From the human T2T-CHM13v2.0 reference genome, Homo sapiens: DNA of 64,000 nucleotides. The first letter of the stretch is position 1. Each line of letters begins with the position of its first letter. The DNA is taken from NCBI RefSeq assembly GCF_009914755.1, contig NC_060929.1; one strand, 5' to 3'. Shown one piece after another: positions 45,048-58,640 of the stretch. The notes under the pieces were generated by a model, which saw only the letters and a program-made list of their open reading frames with translations, was not told the DNA's origin and ran no database searches. The position numbers and the translations under genes were made by a program.

Positions 45048-45525
45048 TGTACATCAGTCAGGTCCTGGAAAGACACACAATCTAACTCAGAAGTTTCAAG
45101 AGACTTCAAGGGGAAATGTACAGAAGTATGGGTAGGATTAAAGTAGCTAGCAAGGAATGCTGAGTCACTCGGACCCTAGCTGCCATGAGAAGCTATTATC
45201 TCCTCTGGACCTGGAGCTGCAGAAGAAGGAAACCGTGTTACTCTAGTCCTGAGAGGGCCGGAGCCATGGAGGAGGGGTCTTGTGACAGAAGCTAAAGTTC
45301 TGGAGAGACATAGGCTAGGCCAGAGCATAGGAATGTGGGGAAGACATCCCTGACCTCTCTGTCAACCTTCTAATCTCCATTGTTCAAACCCAGTAGGAAG
45401 TTATCCAGCATTGAGCCTGGAGAGTCAGCCCGCAGCAGTCAGCCTCCTGAGTGCAGAGCAGAGGAAGACCTGGAATGGATATGCTATAGGAGGAGGGCCA
45501 AACAGAGAGTAACTAGTCCAGATGG
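45048..45525. mobile_element. Probable ancient ERVL/MaLR-type solo LTR (subfamily not assigned)
   Basis: About 480-bp GC-richer block starting tgtacatcagtcaggtcc with gtcagcctcc...gcagagcag motifs seen in old MLT/LTR families. Confidence 0.35.
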
Positions 45526-46017
45526 GAAATGCTATTTTAGACCTCATACACTGCCAAAAAAGAATGGCATATTCAAGGAATCCAGGACCTTGACCTCATT
45601 TGATCTTGGATTTGCATCCATTTTCTGATACTTTCTTCCAAATACTCTTGTAAGCATCTGACAGCAGCCAGGAGAATTGCTGGTCAGTTCAGCCTGTCCC
45701 AGCTTCATTGCTGAGGTACATATGTGGTTAAGGAGCTGAGAGAACTGGTCTGATAGCTCACCAAAGGGGGCCTTTCCCAAGGAAAATAAAATAAAGAGAA
45801 AATTCATTGAGAATCTGTCCAGAAAGGACAGTAAGTAGGCATGGAATCATAGTAGTAAGGAAGCATGGAGGAGGCAGGTGCATAAAAATGACTTGTGATA
45901 TTTTTGAAGCTATATGATAATGTTCTGACCCACACTCTTGCCAGCCTCTGCAATCTTCTGGAGGCTTCATATGAAAGCAGGATTGGTATGCTGTTTATTG
46001 TAAATAGTGAGACCTGA

Positions 46018-46382
<365 letters not shown>

Positions 46383-46589
46383 AGAAGTTTGTGTTTGATG
46401 TCACTGTTGTTTCACCAATTTAAAAGAAAATGAATATTTTTAAAGGAAAAGAAAAAAGTTATCACACTATGTGATGAAATTTGTATCTATGGGTGGTTAT
46501 TTGCTACTTGGTAAATAATTAAAGCCTGTACTGGTTACCTTTCCTTTAGCAGCTGACAACAAATAAACATCCTCACCTCACACCTTATA

Positions 46590-49050
46590 CACTTTACTCC
46601 ATGGTTCATTTTCAGTATTATTTTGTACTTCTCTTGCTTCATCATACTATTGCCTGGCAAAATTCCAACCCAGATTTAATCCTGCTTTCCATCTATACCC
46701 TGCCTACACCTGAGAGTTCAATGTTACTGTGGAAAATGCACACTGTGGTGACTTGTTTCACTTTAAATGCATGGGCCCTAACCTCACTGAGCCATTTATT
46801 AGTAATGATTGGCAACTCTCCATATTTCTTGAATCCACTCACTTTCCTAGTCTCCTGGACAACTATGTGACAACTCCTCTATCCTCAAGCCTCCAACAAT
46901 TACTTCTCATACCCTAACTCTGCGCAGATAACCTTTTTTCCTATTTCACTGCAAAAAGCCCAGAAGTAATCAAAAGTGAATCTACAAGCTTCCACCACCA
47001 CATCTACTCCTCCCAGTCTCAGTGACCATATGGTTTGCCTTCCTTCTGTTAACAGAGAGCTTCTATCAAAGATGAACCTCTCCACTTGGCACTTTATTTC
47101 CCTCTTGCATATTCAAGGACATTAGCTCAGCAATTTTCTTTCTTTCTCCTTTCTTGCATTATTTATTTTCTCCCTCCACCAGAAGTTGTCACCCCAACTT
47201 CTATTAGAATGACTTAGGAAGTGCAGGCCTCAAACCTTTTTTTTTTTTTTTTACACGTCTACCTCTATTAGCACTCCCTGCTCCTATTTTAGGAATCCAG
47301 GCTTTAACGCTAACAGTTACAAATTAAGCCACAAGCTTTGTAAGTATTTGCCTGTGCTCTAGCTGCTAGTGGGTTTTTGGAAAATCAGTATCTGATGGGC
47401 ATTTGAATACATTTGCTCTTGTGGCTTTAAACAATGTCTGTACAATAAAAACTTGAGAATTTATCTCCTCTGAATTCTAGACATTTCTATTCAACTACCT
47501 AGCTGGCATTTCCACTTGCATGCCTTAAAGGCCCTCAATCTTATCTGTACTGAATCGATCACCCCCCTAACTGCCTCATCCGTCAGTTATCCCCATTGCA
47601 GTTGGTGACATTCCATCCTTTGGTTGCTTGGGTTAAAAAATGTTGGAGTCCCCCTTGACTCCTTTCTTTCTCTCATTTCCCAAAGCCAATTCTTTGGCAA
47701 ATAGTAACCATTTATCACATTTTCCACTGCTACTGTTCTGGTCCAAGCCACCATCCTCATTCACTTGGATTATTGCAAAGACCTTTACCTGTTCTATATG
47801 CTTTTATATTTGCTCATTTTTCTCCCTTCACCCCTATTTTGCTTTCAGCACAGTATATCATCTCATGCATCTACTCAAAGCCTTCTAATGCCTTCCCATT
47901 TCATGATGGCCTATAAAGCCCTTTGTGATCTGGTTCCCTGAAATCCTTGACTTCATTTGGGCAGATGTTTCTGCTATAACGCTATTTATGTGTTCTGTAA
48001 AACTTTTTGGTCTGCAAGATGTACTTTGAAAAATAACAGGTCTTATGGTAAAATTACGATTGGAATAGAACACTCATATCTTATACAACATAAAAAACTG
48101 TAGCAATAACCAAAGCAATAATAGATACCTTGGGAGATAACAGGAAGGCAGGCAGCTCAGATTGACTGAAGGCGACTCAAGGAATATTAAAAATGCACAA
48201 AAACAGTAGCATGGAGATGCCGGCTGGGGAGCTGAGATGAGACAGATGAATGGAGCTCTGAGCCAGAGGGCCTACCACAAAAGTGGTCATAGGAAGAAGT
48301 TCAGCCTGCCTTGAGCAGATAGCTTTGCCTGGTGGGAGAGGGCGTATTTCTTGGGAGACACCTCTGGGTGCAGGCGCTCATCTTTAATTCCCTTAAGAGA
48401 GCTGAAATCACTGCAGTCTGTGCAGCAGCCAACTTCAGGGATTTTTCCTTTCCTGCTAAGGTTATAATTCTGTTCTTGCTATTCTTACTCCTCTTGCCTA
48501 AGAAAAATCTTGTTTCCATGTAATACCAATATTATCCCACTATTTACCAGTAGCATATGAGCTGCTTGCTGTTACAGAAACACATGCTGTAATAGAACAG
48601 ACTGCACTCCTTGGGTCATCTTTGTTATTTCCCATGTGTCAGGTGAGCACCCACCTTGTGACTTTTGCTACTGGTCTTTCCCTGCCTGGAATGCTTTCCC
48701 TCCAGAAGTCCTCACGGATTTCTTCTTCTATTTCAGTTCTTTATTTAAAAATATTTTTCATAGTTTGAACCTCTCTAACCAGCTGATTTAAAAGAACAAC
48801 ACCACCCCAACAACGTTCTCTACTTTACATCATAGTTTAATTTTCTCCATAGTATTTATCATCATCTGATATATTATAATACTCATGTATTGGCTGAACC
48901 ACATCCATAAGTATTAAGATCCGTGAGGGCAAGACTTGTGGGTTTTTAAACTTGTTTTCCTCCTTTGTTTTTCTCTATTATATCTTTAGTGTCTGGAATA
49001 AGGTTCAGCACATACAAGGCATTTACTAAATGTTGAATGAATGAATGAAT
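46590..49050 (+). mobile_element. Fragmented L2 LINE, interrupted by at least two insertions
   Basis: L2-like blocks (cctatttcactgcaaaa, ggagtcccccttgactcctttctttctctca, ctggtccaagccaccatc, cctggaatgctttcc) ending aaatgttgaatgaatgaatgaatgaa at about 49050; boundaries approximate. Confidence 0.7.
47961..48604. mobile_element. Probable old Tigger-family (TcMar) non-autonomous element inside the L2
   Basis: Imperfect terminal inverted repeats cagatgtttctgctataacgc / gctgtaatagaacagactg. Confidence 0.45.
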
Positions 49051-51015
49051 GAAGCTCAAGCTCCATCTACAAACAGTCCTCTGTTTTTTGTTTTTTGTTT
49101 GTTTGTTTGTTTTTTGTTTTTGTTAGCTGTTATCTGGCTGTTTTTTATTAGATAATAATTTGTCTTCCTTTACTTACTGATTTTGTTTATGTGTTTGCAG
49201 GTGTGTGTGTGTGTGTTTGTGTGAAAGAGGAGAATGACTTTTATCAAACCTGGTTTTATGTCTTCCTTAGGATGCATCAGAGTTTCATGCTGTTCACACT
49301 ACCCTTCGGGGTATTCAGACATTTAAAGTCTTAATATTTCAGCAATAAAGTCTTAATATTTCTGGCCTGGAAAAATACTGTGATATGGGTTGAATTCATC
49401 TTTTTGCACCCCTCTATCATCATAACCACTCCCTGCTCCCATTCTAGGAATCCAAGCTCTTATGCTAACAATTAAAAATTAAGTCCACAGACTGCAGATA
49501 GACCCTACGCTTGAGCTGCTGGTGGGTTGCTGAAAAATTAATATTTGATGGAAATTTGAATTAATTGCCTCTTTACCCCCTACCAATCCCTGTGTATGGT
49601 CAAAAAATAGGACATTCCAATACTCCACAGTGATGGCCACAGTGCTGGTTTGTGCTGATGTTATAAAGGAGCAGGAAGATGGTAATGAACTCCCTCTGGT
49701 GCTGGACAAGGCTTCACAAGGGTGCTGATGAAAACAATGTGAGAAAATGGACTCAGGGGTTCTCAAGGCAGAGAATGGTGGGGGGATCCAGGAATCCACA
49801 TATTCAAAGACACAAAGAAGTACAGATTTCTGAGGTGTTCAGGGAATGGTGATTCATTAGGTATGGGGCTGGGGGTGGGGCACAGGGTAGGCAGAGGAGA
49901 GAGCAGTAGGTGTATATGCCATGAAGATTTTGGAATCGATCCAACTATACAGCTATCAAAGGTTTTTGGTGATACAACCAGATTCGTCTTCTCACTCCTT
50001 ACCTTTCTCACCTGATCCCTCCCTGGCTTTTCCAAACTGTCAACTATAAGGCTGTGTGACCAGAGAGCATGCCCCTGTCCCCAGTACTCAGATAAGTGCC
50101 TGACATATATATATATACATAGACAACCTACTTGTTTATGTGTCTGAACAAACTATCAATATTCATTTCTGCATTTTCTTTTCAGCAATGCTTACACTGT
50201 CTTCAAATCCTTTAGGGCCCTACACTTGACTATCAGGCTGCCTATTGAAAACTAACTTTACAGGTTGTTCATTGGTTACCATGATGGCACAAGTAACCAT
50301 TCAGTAACTTTTTTTTTTTTTTTCAACTAGAATTGAAAGCTTTGATCCATTCTCTTTTTCTGGTCTCATTTCCCTTCTACCAGATCTGATTCATGGTGCA
50401 ACTTTTGGTGGCATCACCCCTTAATCCAGCAACATTTTTGTATACCCTGAGGTTATTACTTTGATGTCCTGAACTTATGGCTCTGGGGGATATTTTTTTA
50501 AAGGGGTCAGAGAAATAAGGTTGAATTAGAGAGATTCTTAGAAGTTTATGATTAAAACACTATCTCCTCTGATCTGAGTCCCAGCTCTGCCATTGACAGG
50601 TTGTGTATCATTAGCAATAGCAAGCTACTTCACATTTCTGAATCTCAGTTGATTGAGCAAAATTTAGATAATCAAAGACTACTGGAGATGTGATGCTTTG
50701 ACACAAAGAAATCTACCTCTTTGGTGAAATTTCAATTGTGTAGGAGCGGTTATTTGGGAGAAAAGTGCCCTCTCACCTTCTTAAATCATCTCCTAGGGCT
50801 ATAATAGGAAATACGCAGCTTTTGCTGAGAACCCAAATGACATTGTGGATTATCCAGCTCTAGTCTTCTCTCTCCCATATAGAGGCCGGTTATCTTTGTC
50901 ACTTCACAGCTCATTAGCAGCCCAACTCAGGGCCATGGAGAGGAAATAGATGAGATGAAGCTTAAATATGTCACATTGGTTATTTCTTAGCAGCTCTGAT
51001 AAAAGGCTTAGCAGG

Positions 51016-51303
<288 letters not shown>

Positions 51304-51420
51304 GCTTCAGCAGAGTGAGGTTAAAACTCAAATAAAGAGGTCTGAGGATTATCTGTGATGTTAGCTCATGTGTGTTACCTTCCTGTCTTCCCTTCTTTGT
51401 TCTTATTTCTAGGGATTAGT

Positions 51421-51486
51421 TGACTGCAAACATTAATGGGTTAAATATAAAAATGACTGCAAACATTAATGGGTTAAATATAAAAA
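51421..51486. repeat. Perfect 33-bp tandem duplication
   Basis: tgactgcaaacattaatgggttaaatataaaaa x2. Confidence 0.97.
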
Positions 51487-53892
51487 ATCTTTTCTATCCT
51501 GAAGGTCTTTGAAAAAATGATTTTATTACTTACTGGAAAAGAAAAATAAAACAAAGCTTGCTTCACCCAGAATTTATTTTTTCTTCCAGTTAAAATGAGC
51601 AACTTCTTTAACCAGAACTGACCTTGAAGACAAATGGCTAAAATAAAACATTTGCTGAATTCACTGGGCGCATCTTACAAGTAATTTTTGGATTCTGCAT
51701 TGACTACCTACAAGTGCCTTCTGGGTGCAAGTCCACAGGCAAGATTTGTTCTGCAAATCTTCCATGACCAAGGTCACCTCTTTGGATTGGCAGACCCAGG
51801 GAGTCCATATTGGGAAGATAAATTCACACTTCACCCCTTGTTGAGATCTCCATCCAGCCTTGCTCCTCTGATAACCAGGTCTCTCTTCTGTCCTATTATA
51901 ATTTATGACCTTTGAAAAGTGACTTATATCTGGGGCTATTCAAACTCCCAGCTATCTATGACCATATGCATAAATGGTTCTAGATTTAAAAAAAAAAAAA
52001 GAAGCTATTCAGAGATATTGGGATACCCTATAACCAATATAAATGGGTAATTCAGCAGAACCAGGTGCTGGGGTTGAGAAATAGATGTGGACAATTGGGG
52101 CAGGGCCTAAGAAAGATCGGAGGCAAAGACAGTGACTAGATGGGGAGCTCTGATAAGGTAATGCCCAGGCCTGTGCTTGGAATTCTGCCACAGTGGGGAC
52201 ATTAGTGGGGGTCTGTAGTCATTGCAGGGTGAGAGGAGGATAGAAAGAAAAGATTGTGTGAAGGTCAGTGGAAGGTCCCCCATTTCATTGCTAAGAGAAC
52301 TATGTATGCACGTTTTCCTGTGTTTAGTCTCACACATAATTGTACCTTTAAGAACTGATCACACACTGCATTTCCCTGGCAGTTTTTGGCATCTCAGATG
52401 AGGAAGAGTGATGGGCGACAGGTGATGGTGACAACTATTAATAAGATCTGAAAGTAAACAGTCTCATGAAAGGTGGCCAGGAGAGGGCAGTCACCTTTTA
52501 TCAGGAGCACAGACTGAATTTGCAAAGGGTAGGTACTTAAGCTACAAGACTATAAAGCATGATGCAGGCTTAACCAAAATGCAGTGTCTTGAGCATAGTA
52601 GACTCTTAGTGTATGTTTGCTAAATATACCTTAGCTGCTGCTGTTCCCCAGAGCTCATCAGAGTTCCATAGAAACCTGGTCCCTTCCAGAAAACCAAAGA
52701 ATGACTAAAGAAAAGTGATTGCAAATCCAGAAAGCAGCTTTGCCTTACTGGTTGGTAACAGCAGGATTTTCTTTTCCTTGTAGTTTATTTTGGCTTAGGC
52801 TAGTGTCTCTTTCATGAAGACAGCTACTATTTACAATTGTTGTTAACATGTTTTTCCTTTTTCATCTCCCAATATACTCTCTTCCTGTCGTTAAACACAG
52901 TCAATTTACCAATGGAATCTGCTTTATAAGCTCCTGCATTTTCTTTTTCCACAGATGGGATTAATGCCATTATGTTCTATGTCATCCACATAGTCTTGGC
53001 TTCTAGGCACCAAGGTGTTGTTCTAGAGGAAAGAAGAGTAATGGTCGACACAGGCAGGCTGAGGGCTAACCTAATGATTTCATGCATTTAGTGGTAATTC
53101 TTAATTAAGATCCCAATTTTATTCTGTTGGATTTAGTCTATAACCCGCTGAAAATCATTCTTGAATTAACACTGGGTGGATATAAAAGCAGAAAGCCAAG
53201 GACTTTGCACTGTTCTCAGCTGTAGCTGTTTATTTAGCTGGAGAAAATTTAGTGGGTGGTCCAACCTTCATAACCAGGAAGAATAAAATAGAGGTGTAAA
53301 GGCCTTGGTGGAAGGAGGGCAGTAGCAACCTTTCCATTTCTTCAGTTTTATCGCAGCCTATGAAATTAGTTCCTTAGGTATGTTGATCTTGTAGGAGCTA
53401 GTATTTTAACATTTGCTCCATCAAGTTGTTTGGTTTAAATCTAAGAATAAGCCCACTGAAAACTATTCCTAATTTGTGAAACGAATAACAATAATAGATG
53501 TTAATAGAAACAAAGACTTCATTTGGTTTGTTTTTAGAGGGGGCACAGAGAATGTAGTAACATAATAAGTTAGATTTTTGTTGTTTTCTTTTTCTTAGTT
53601 CTTTGTAGTCTTTATAATCTCTAATTGGCATTTGCTCCTGACTTTTCTCAGTGTACTTCCACATGGAAGAGACAAAAGTCTCAAAGCTGGTGTAGAAAAA
53701 CCCTTAATAAATTGCCCATTAATTAGCCACCTTGATTTCCACCTTTAAAGCAGTTAATTGAAGTAAGAATTTGTTAGATTTTTCTCAAGCATAGCAGAAA
53801 TTAAGATTAATTTCTTAGGTGTCATTGCTACTTGCCTACTTAAACCACCAGTTCATCTTTATCATAAATACTTAAGCCAAAAGTCACATTAG

Positions 53893-54090
53893 AGGCAATA
53901 TGGCACAGTGATTGTGGACCCCGGAGTCAGGTGAGCTGGTTGAAATCCTGGCTTGGCTACTTCCCAGCTATGTGATCCTGGGCTTCAGGGTTCCCTTTTG
54001 CAACATGACATGATTGCTGAGCTGCTTCTTAGGGTTGTGTGTGGCTCCGGTAAGATAATACAGGAAAAGAGCTGAAAGCAGTATCTGACC
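53893..54090 (+). mobile_element. MIR
   Basis: ggagtcaggtgagctggttgaaatcctggct...agctatgtgatcctgggc...agggttgtgtgtgg. Confidence 0.65.
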
Positions 54091-57000
54091 CTGGAGAGAA
54101 AGTAGGGAAGAGACAATAGAGGAAAGAGGACAAGGAAGTGGGAGATGAAGAGAAAGTTCAAGAAGGAAAGTGGAAGAATCTCAAATAGAAAGTTAATTTT
54201 CAGTTTTTCCTGAGAAGAGATATATAGACATCTTCATGTGGCTTTGGAGAGCCTTGGAGCCCATCAGCAAGACGGTTGGAAATTATACTGAAACAGAAGT
54301 GTAGACCTATGTGACTTATGTCCTGGCCAGTTGCCTCATGTCCTCTGTGGTCAGGTTGATCTCTACTGGCACTGTCAAAAGATTTTTTATGGACAGCTGG
54401 TTGGGGTAAACTTTGAAACCTGATTGTTTGCACTTGAGTGCCAGAGTGTGTAATTATTTACCGGTGTTCACTAAGGATGTCAGTGTAGATTTTTAGGGGG
54501 AGAAAAAACTTAAATTTAAAATTTGGAGGCATCTTTTTCAGTCTGCCTGCCCTGGTGTTTGTTATAACACTTAGTTTGGCATGTAACAGCTGAAGCTACT
54601 GGTTAAATCATTAAGCATTTATTATTTTAAAACTCCTCTTCTCAAAGCAAAAAATAACTATCATGTTGAAGTTCTTTCCTCTAAGAATGACATTTACTGT
54701 GAGTTTTATACCAATGGACTAATTGGAGGGTTGAGAAAATAAATTTTGGAAAGACAACAATAACTTCAGAATTTTCCTTGGATGGAGGTTTCCTTTTTAA
54801 AACCTGAACTGAGCTTTATCAAAACAGTAACTGAACTTTGAAACGAAACAAGAGTGCTGAATTGAAAGCTCCAGGAAGGCAGGGATGTGTCTGTGTTGTT
54901 TATGACTATAACCTCTGGGCCTAAATCAGTACCTATCCCATGGTAGGCACTCGGTAAATACTGAAGGAATGAGTACAGTATGAAAATTAGCATGGCTGAT
55001 CCTTGGAAAAAATATAAGTCAAAAGGGAATAGCATGCATGTGTAACTAAAACATCAGTCCACATGCTTGAAATGTCATCACTTTTTTATGGTCAGGACCT
55101 GTTTTTTTCTGCTCCAATTAAAGAAGAAAATTGTAATGTGAAAGAAGCAAGAAGTGAAGTATTTGGTATTCATGTGTTTTGACATCTGCAGTAAGTTTAA
55201 AATAAATTTCTAAATCTTATTGTATTGAAATTGTATGAGTTTCTTAAGTGGTATTATTCATTCAGACTTAAAGTGAAGTTAGGTTGCTGTCACTCATAGT
55301 GGACTTTTTTTTTTTTGGCATTATTAAAACAACATGTCTTCTGGGTGTTGTCTTGTATTACAAAAGCTTGCGTGTTTTCTCTTGATGCTGTGCCCTGTCT
55401 GTTGCCATTGAGGGGTCTAAGGACCAAATGAGGTCTTGTTTCCTTCCTGATATTCTTTTGACCAGTTTAGAATATGCCAGGTCCATTCACACAACTAAGC
55501 GGCTCAGTTCTCTCAGTTCCCTGGTCTTCTCATATTAGATTGTTATCTATGAGCTTGAAGTTTAGACATGAAAAAGAATGGTTGTAATCCTCTTCCTTCT
55601 CTCACCCTCTTCCCTTTTTTTCTTAAGTTAGCCTTTTGAATTCATGATTCTAATAATTAATATATATTATTATATAATATAGTATATATTCATAATAATG
55701 ATTAATGATAGTATTAATAATTCTGTGTGTGTGTGGGCAGCTACTCATACAGAAGAAAACAGATTGATTAGTGGAAATTACATTAATTTCATAACTTCTT
55801 ATTAAAAGAGTTTGTGTGTGTGTTGTTGGTTGTTTGTTCCCTTTGCAACTCAACATGGTCTTCTTGAGGTGTAGGGAAAACATATGCTTAGGAAACAGAG
55901 CCTTCTTTTCTCCTTTTGGTATGGAAGACATATGCAAAAAGAATGAAGGAACTAATTGTCTCTAGCCAGGGCTCTGCAAAAATAGTACTGGTAGAGAAAA
56001 AGCTCTAAAAGAAGTAAAAGTTTATAGTGCTTTCTCCTGGCAGAGTTAACCTCATCTTCATCAGCTTTTCCCCTGCCTCAGAGAGGCAGTTTTGGAATGA
56101 CCAAAGCAGAGTGCCCAACCTCTCTGTTCAGAGTTAGCGAGCATTTGGATCACTCTCTCTCTCTGCCTCAGTATGAGTGGAATATTGCATGACCATTTCT
56201 GATTTCTGCCATGAGCGCACTCGGCCTAGATGAATAAATCCTCCTTGAAGAAGGCGGGGCATTTTGGCATTCACAAGAAACCATGTTGATATCTGATCCT
56301 CCCACTGGAGAAATGTGGCAAAGTGAGAAAGACTCACTCTTTGGGACTCCAAAAATGTAAACACAAGTAAGCATGCAAGCTGAAGAAGTCACTTGAAATA
56401 GAAAAAAAAAGTGTTAAACTCTCTGTTAGTCATGTGACTTTTTCTTGGTATTCGAGAGCCAGGAGGCTCTTGTGGTCTAATCTGGAAAGAGTCGCTAATC
56501 GCTGTGTCACCTTGGCAAATTGGTTGATCTCCCTGTGCTGGAGTGTTTAGTCCAGCTGCTGGATGGGATGAAAGCAAGACCTCACTGAAACCAGATGCTG
56601 TCTCTCTGAAAAGATTTCAGCAATAAATAATATCGTATATACTTTGTTCCTGGCAGCAAATACTGAACTGCTATAACCCCCTGTTTTCACTTGCTTCTAA
56701 ATTTCTGGAAATATCTCCTTTGGGCTTGAATTTTTCCATGCTTGTCTTCAGCCCAAAACTTTTTGGAAAGTTTGACCAAAATTTCACTTAGCTGTTTTTC
56801 CTGAATTATGGGAGAATAAGGGCAATGCATTGTTTTTCAGCTCATAAATTCTCATTTTTCCCATTATTCCTCAGAAAAATAGCTGCTACATTTAAAGTGT
56901 TTAGAACTAGTAAAAGAATCTTGGTATGGTAAAGAATACTGGCAGAAGACAAATTTAAGTCTCTCAGTATTTCCTTCTAACTTTAAACATGACTGCACAC

Positions 57001-58289
57001 AATCAGGGCACACATAAAAAGCTCTGATGTAGTTTTATAGATGGCCAAAGAGAAGATTCTGCAAATTCTCTCAGTAACTCATCCCAAGTTACCAAGAGGC
57101 AACTTTAGCTACCATCAGTTGTTACCTTTCTCAACCACTTGCTCTGTCTGTGGATCTGATTTCTAAAAAAATGTCATGGTTATATGTTGGCATTGACCCC
57201 TTATCTACATTTTAAATAAAGTTGACCATTTCTTTTAGGTAGCTTTCATGTGTGATGACCTCAGTCATATCTGCTGACCTACTAGACTCAAAATTCCTTT
57301 ACAGCAGGGCCTAGGTCTGTCTACCTCACCATTGACACTGTAGTGCTCAGCAGGGTATGACACATGTAGTAAAAACTGATTGTTGAATGAATTAAATGAC
57401 CATAAGTACAGTTGTTTTTGCTGCAATTTGTTCATTGATTTGTCCACTAAGACATGCATGCATGTATTCAGTGAGTATCACTGAGTCTCTACTTTATGCC
57501 AGGTATTGGTATGAATGTTGTGAATATTTCTTTGCTTTGATGGATAACACAGAAGTTTTGCTGATACACAACAAAATAATTATATTATTTGAGTACAATT
57601 ACTATGCCTATAGTTGGAATATTAGTCCAATATAGCTAAAGGCAATCCCAGGGAATTTATCACTTACTGAGCGTCCATGATGTGCCTGGCCCTGTGTTAG
57701 GTACTGAGAAGAGATCAATTAGACAGTTTCTGCAGGAAGTCACACATAGGTTAACAGTGCCAAGACAAATCCTAAAGTACCTATTTTACAAGGGGAACTA
57801 TAATAAAGAGCCAGGTGAGTTGAAGGCAGGAGAGGTATCATTGTACCACAAGATACCTTGTGATCTTGTGTAAATCCCCTGAACAATCAGGAAAAGCTTT
57901 ATGGCATAGCTTTATGGTCAGAGATCTCATGGGGACAGGCAGTTAGTTGCAATGCCTTTTATAGCCACATCCTTCACTCCTTAACCCTGCACTGTCTGCC
58001 ATTCATTCTCTCTGTGCTTTCAGCCTTGAGAAGCTGGCCAAATTTCTCAGGACTGGAAAATAAACTGGAATGACACTCAGGCACTTGATATCAAGATTAT
58101 TAGGGTCATGATTGTGTTTAAGACCCTAAGACCTCTTGATGCTTTTACAAGAATGGGTACTTTTTTTGTCCCTGTTTTCTTCTTTTGCCCCAAGTTTCAA
58201 GAGCATGTTACAGCAGCAGTATAAGCATACACAATCAAAGGTGATTGAAGTGAGGACAACTGGCTCAATGAGCTCCAGCCACTTCAACT

Positions 58290-58640
58290 CTCCTCCTAGT
58301 CCCTGTCCCCTTGCCCGGAATGCTTCACCCTCAGACTTTGACATAGCAGGCTTCTTTTTGTCATTCAGATCTCAGCTCAACTGCAAGGATTTCTCTGACC
58401 TGAAGTTACATATGTGTCACCCCTTCTGGTCTCCGTTGCTCTCTATCACATCACCTATTGGACTACCTTTATAGCATTTATCTCCACCTGATTGTGTCCT
58501 TTTCACTGTTTTTCTTTAAACTTTTTATTGTCAATTTTCTTTCACTAGATGCCAGTTCCATGAAGTAGGAAACCTTTACCACTGGTCTTGAGTGCTCTTG
58601 AAAGTGTACGTGTGCAATAGGCACTCAAAAATGTTTATGG
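58290..58640 (+). mobile_element. L2 3' fragment
   Basis: gcccggaatgcttc...tcattcagatctcagctcaa...actagatgccagttccatgaagtagg...aataggcactcaaaaatgttt. Confidence 0.65.
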
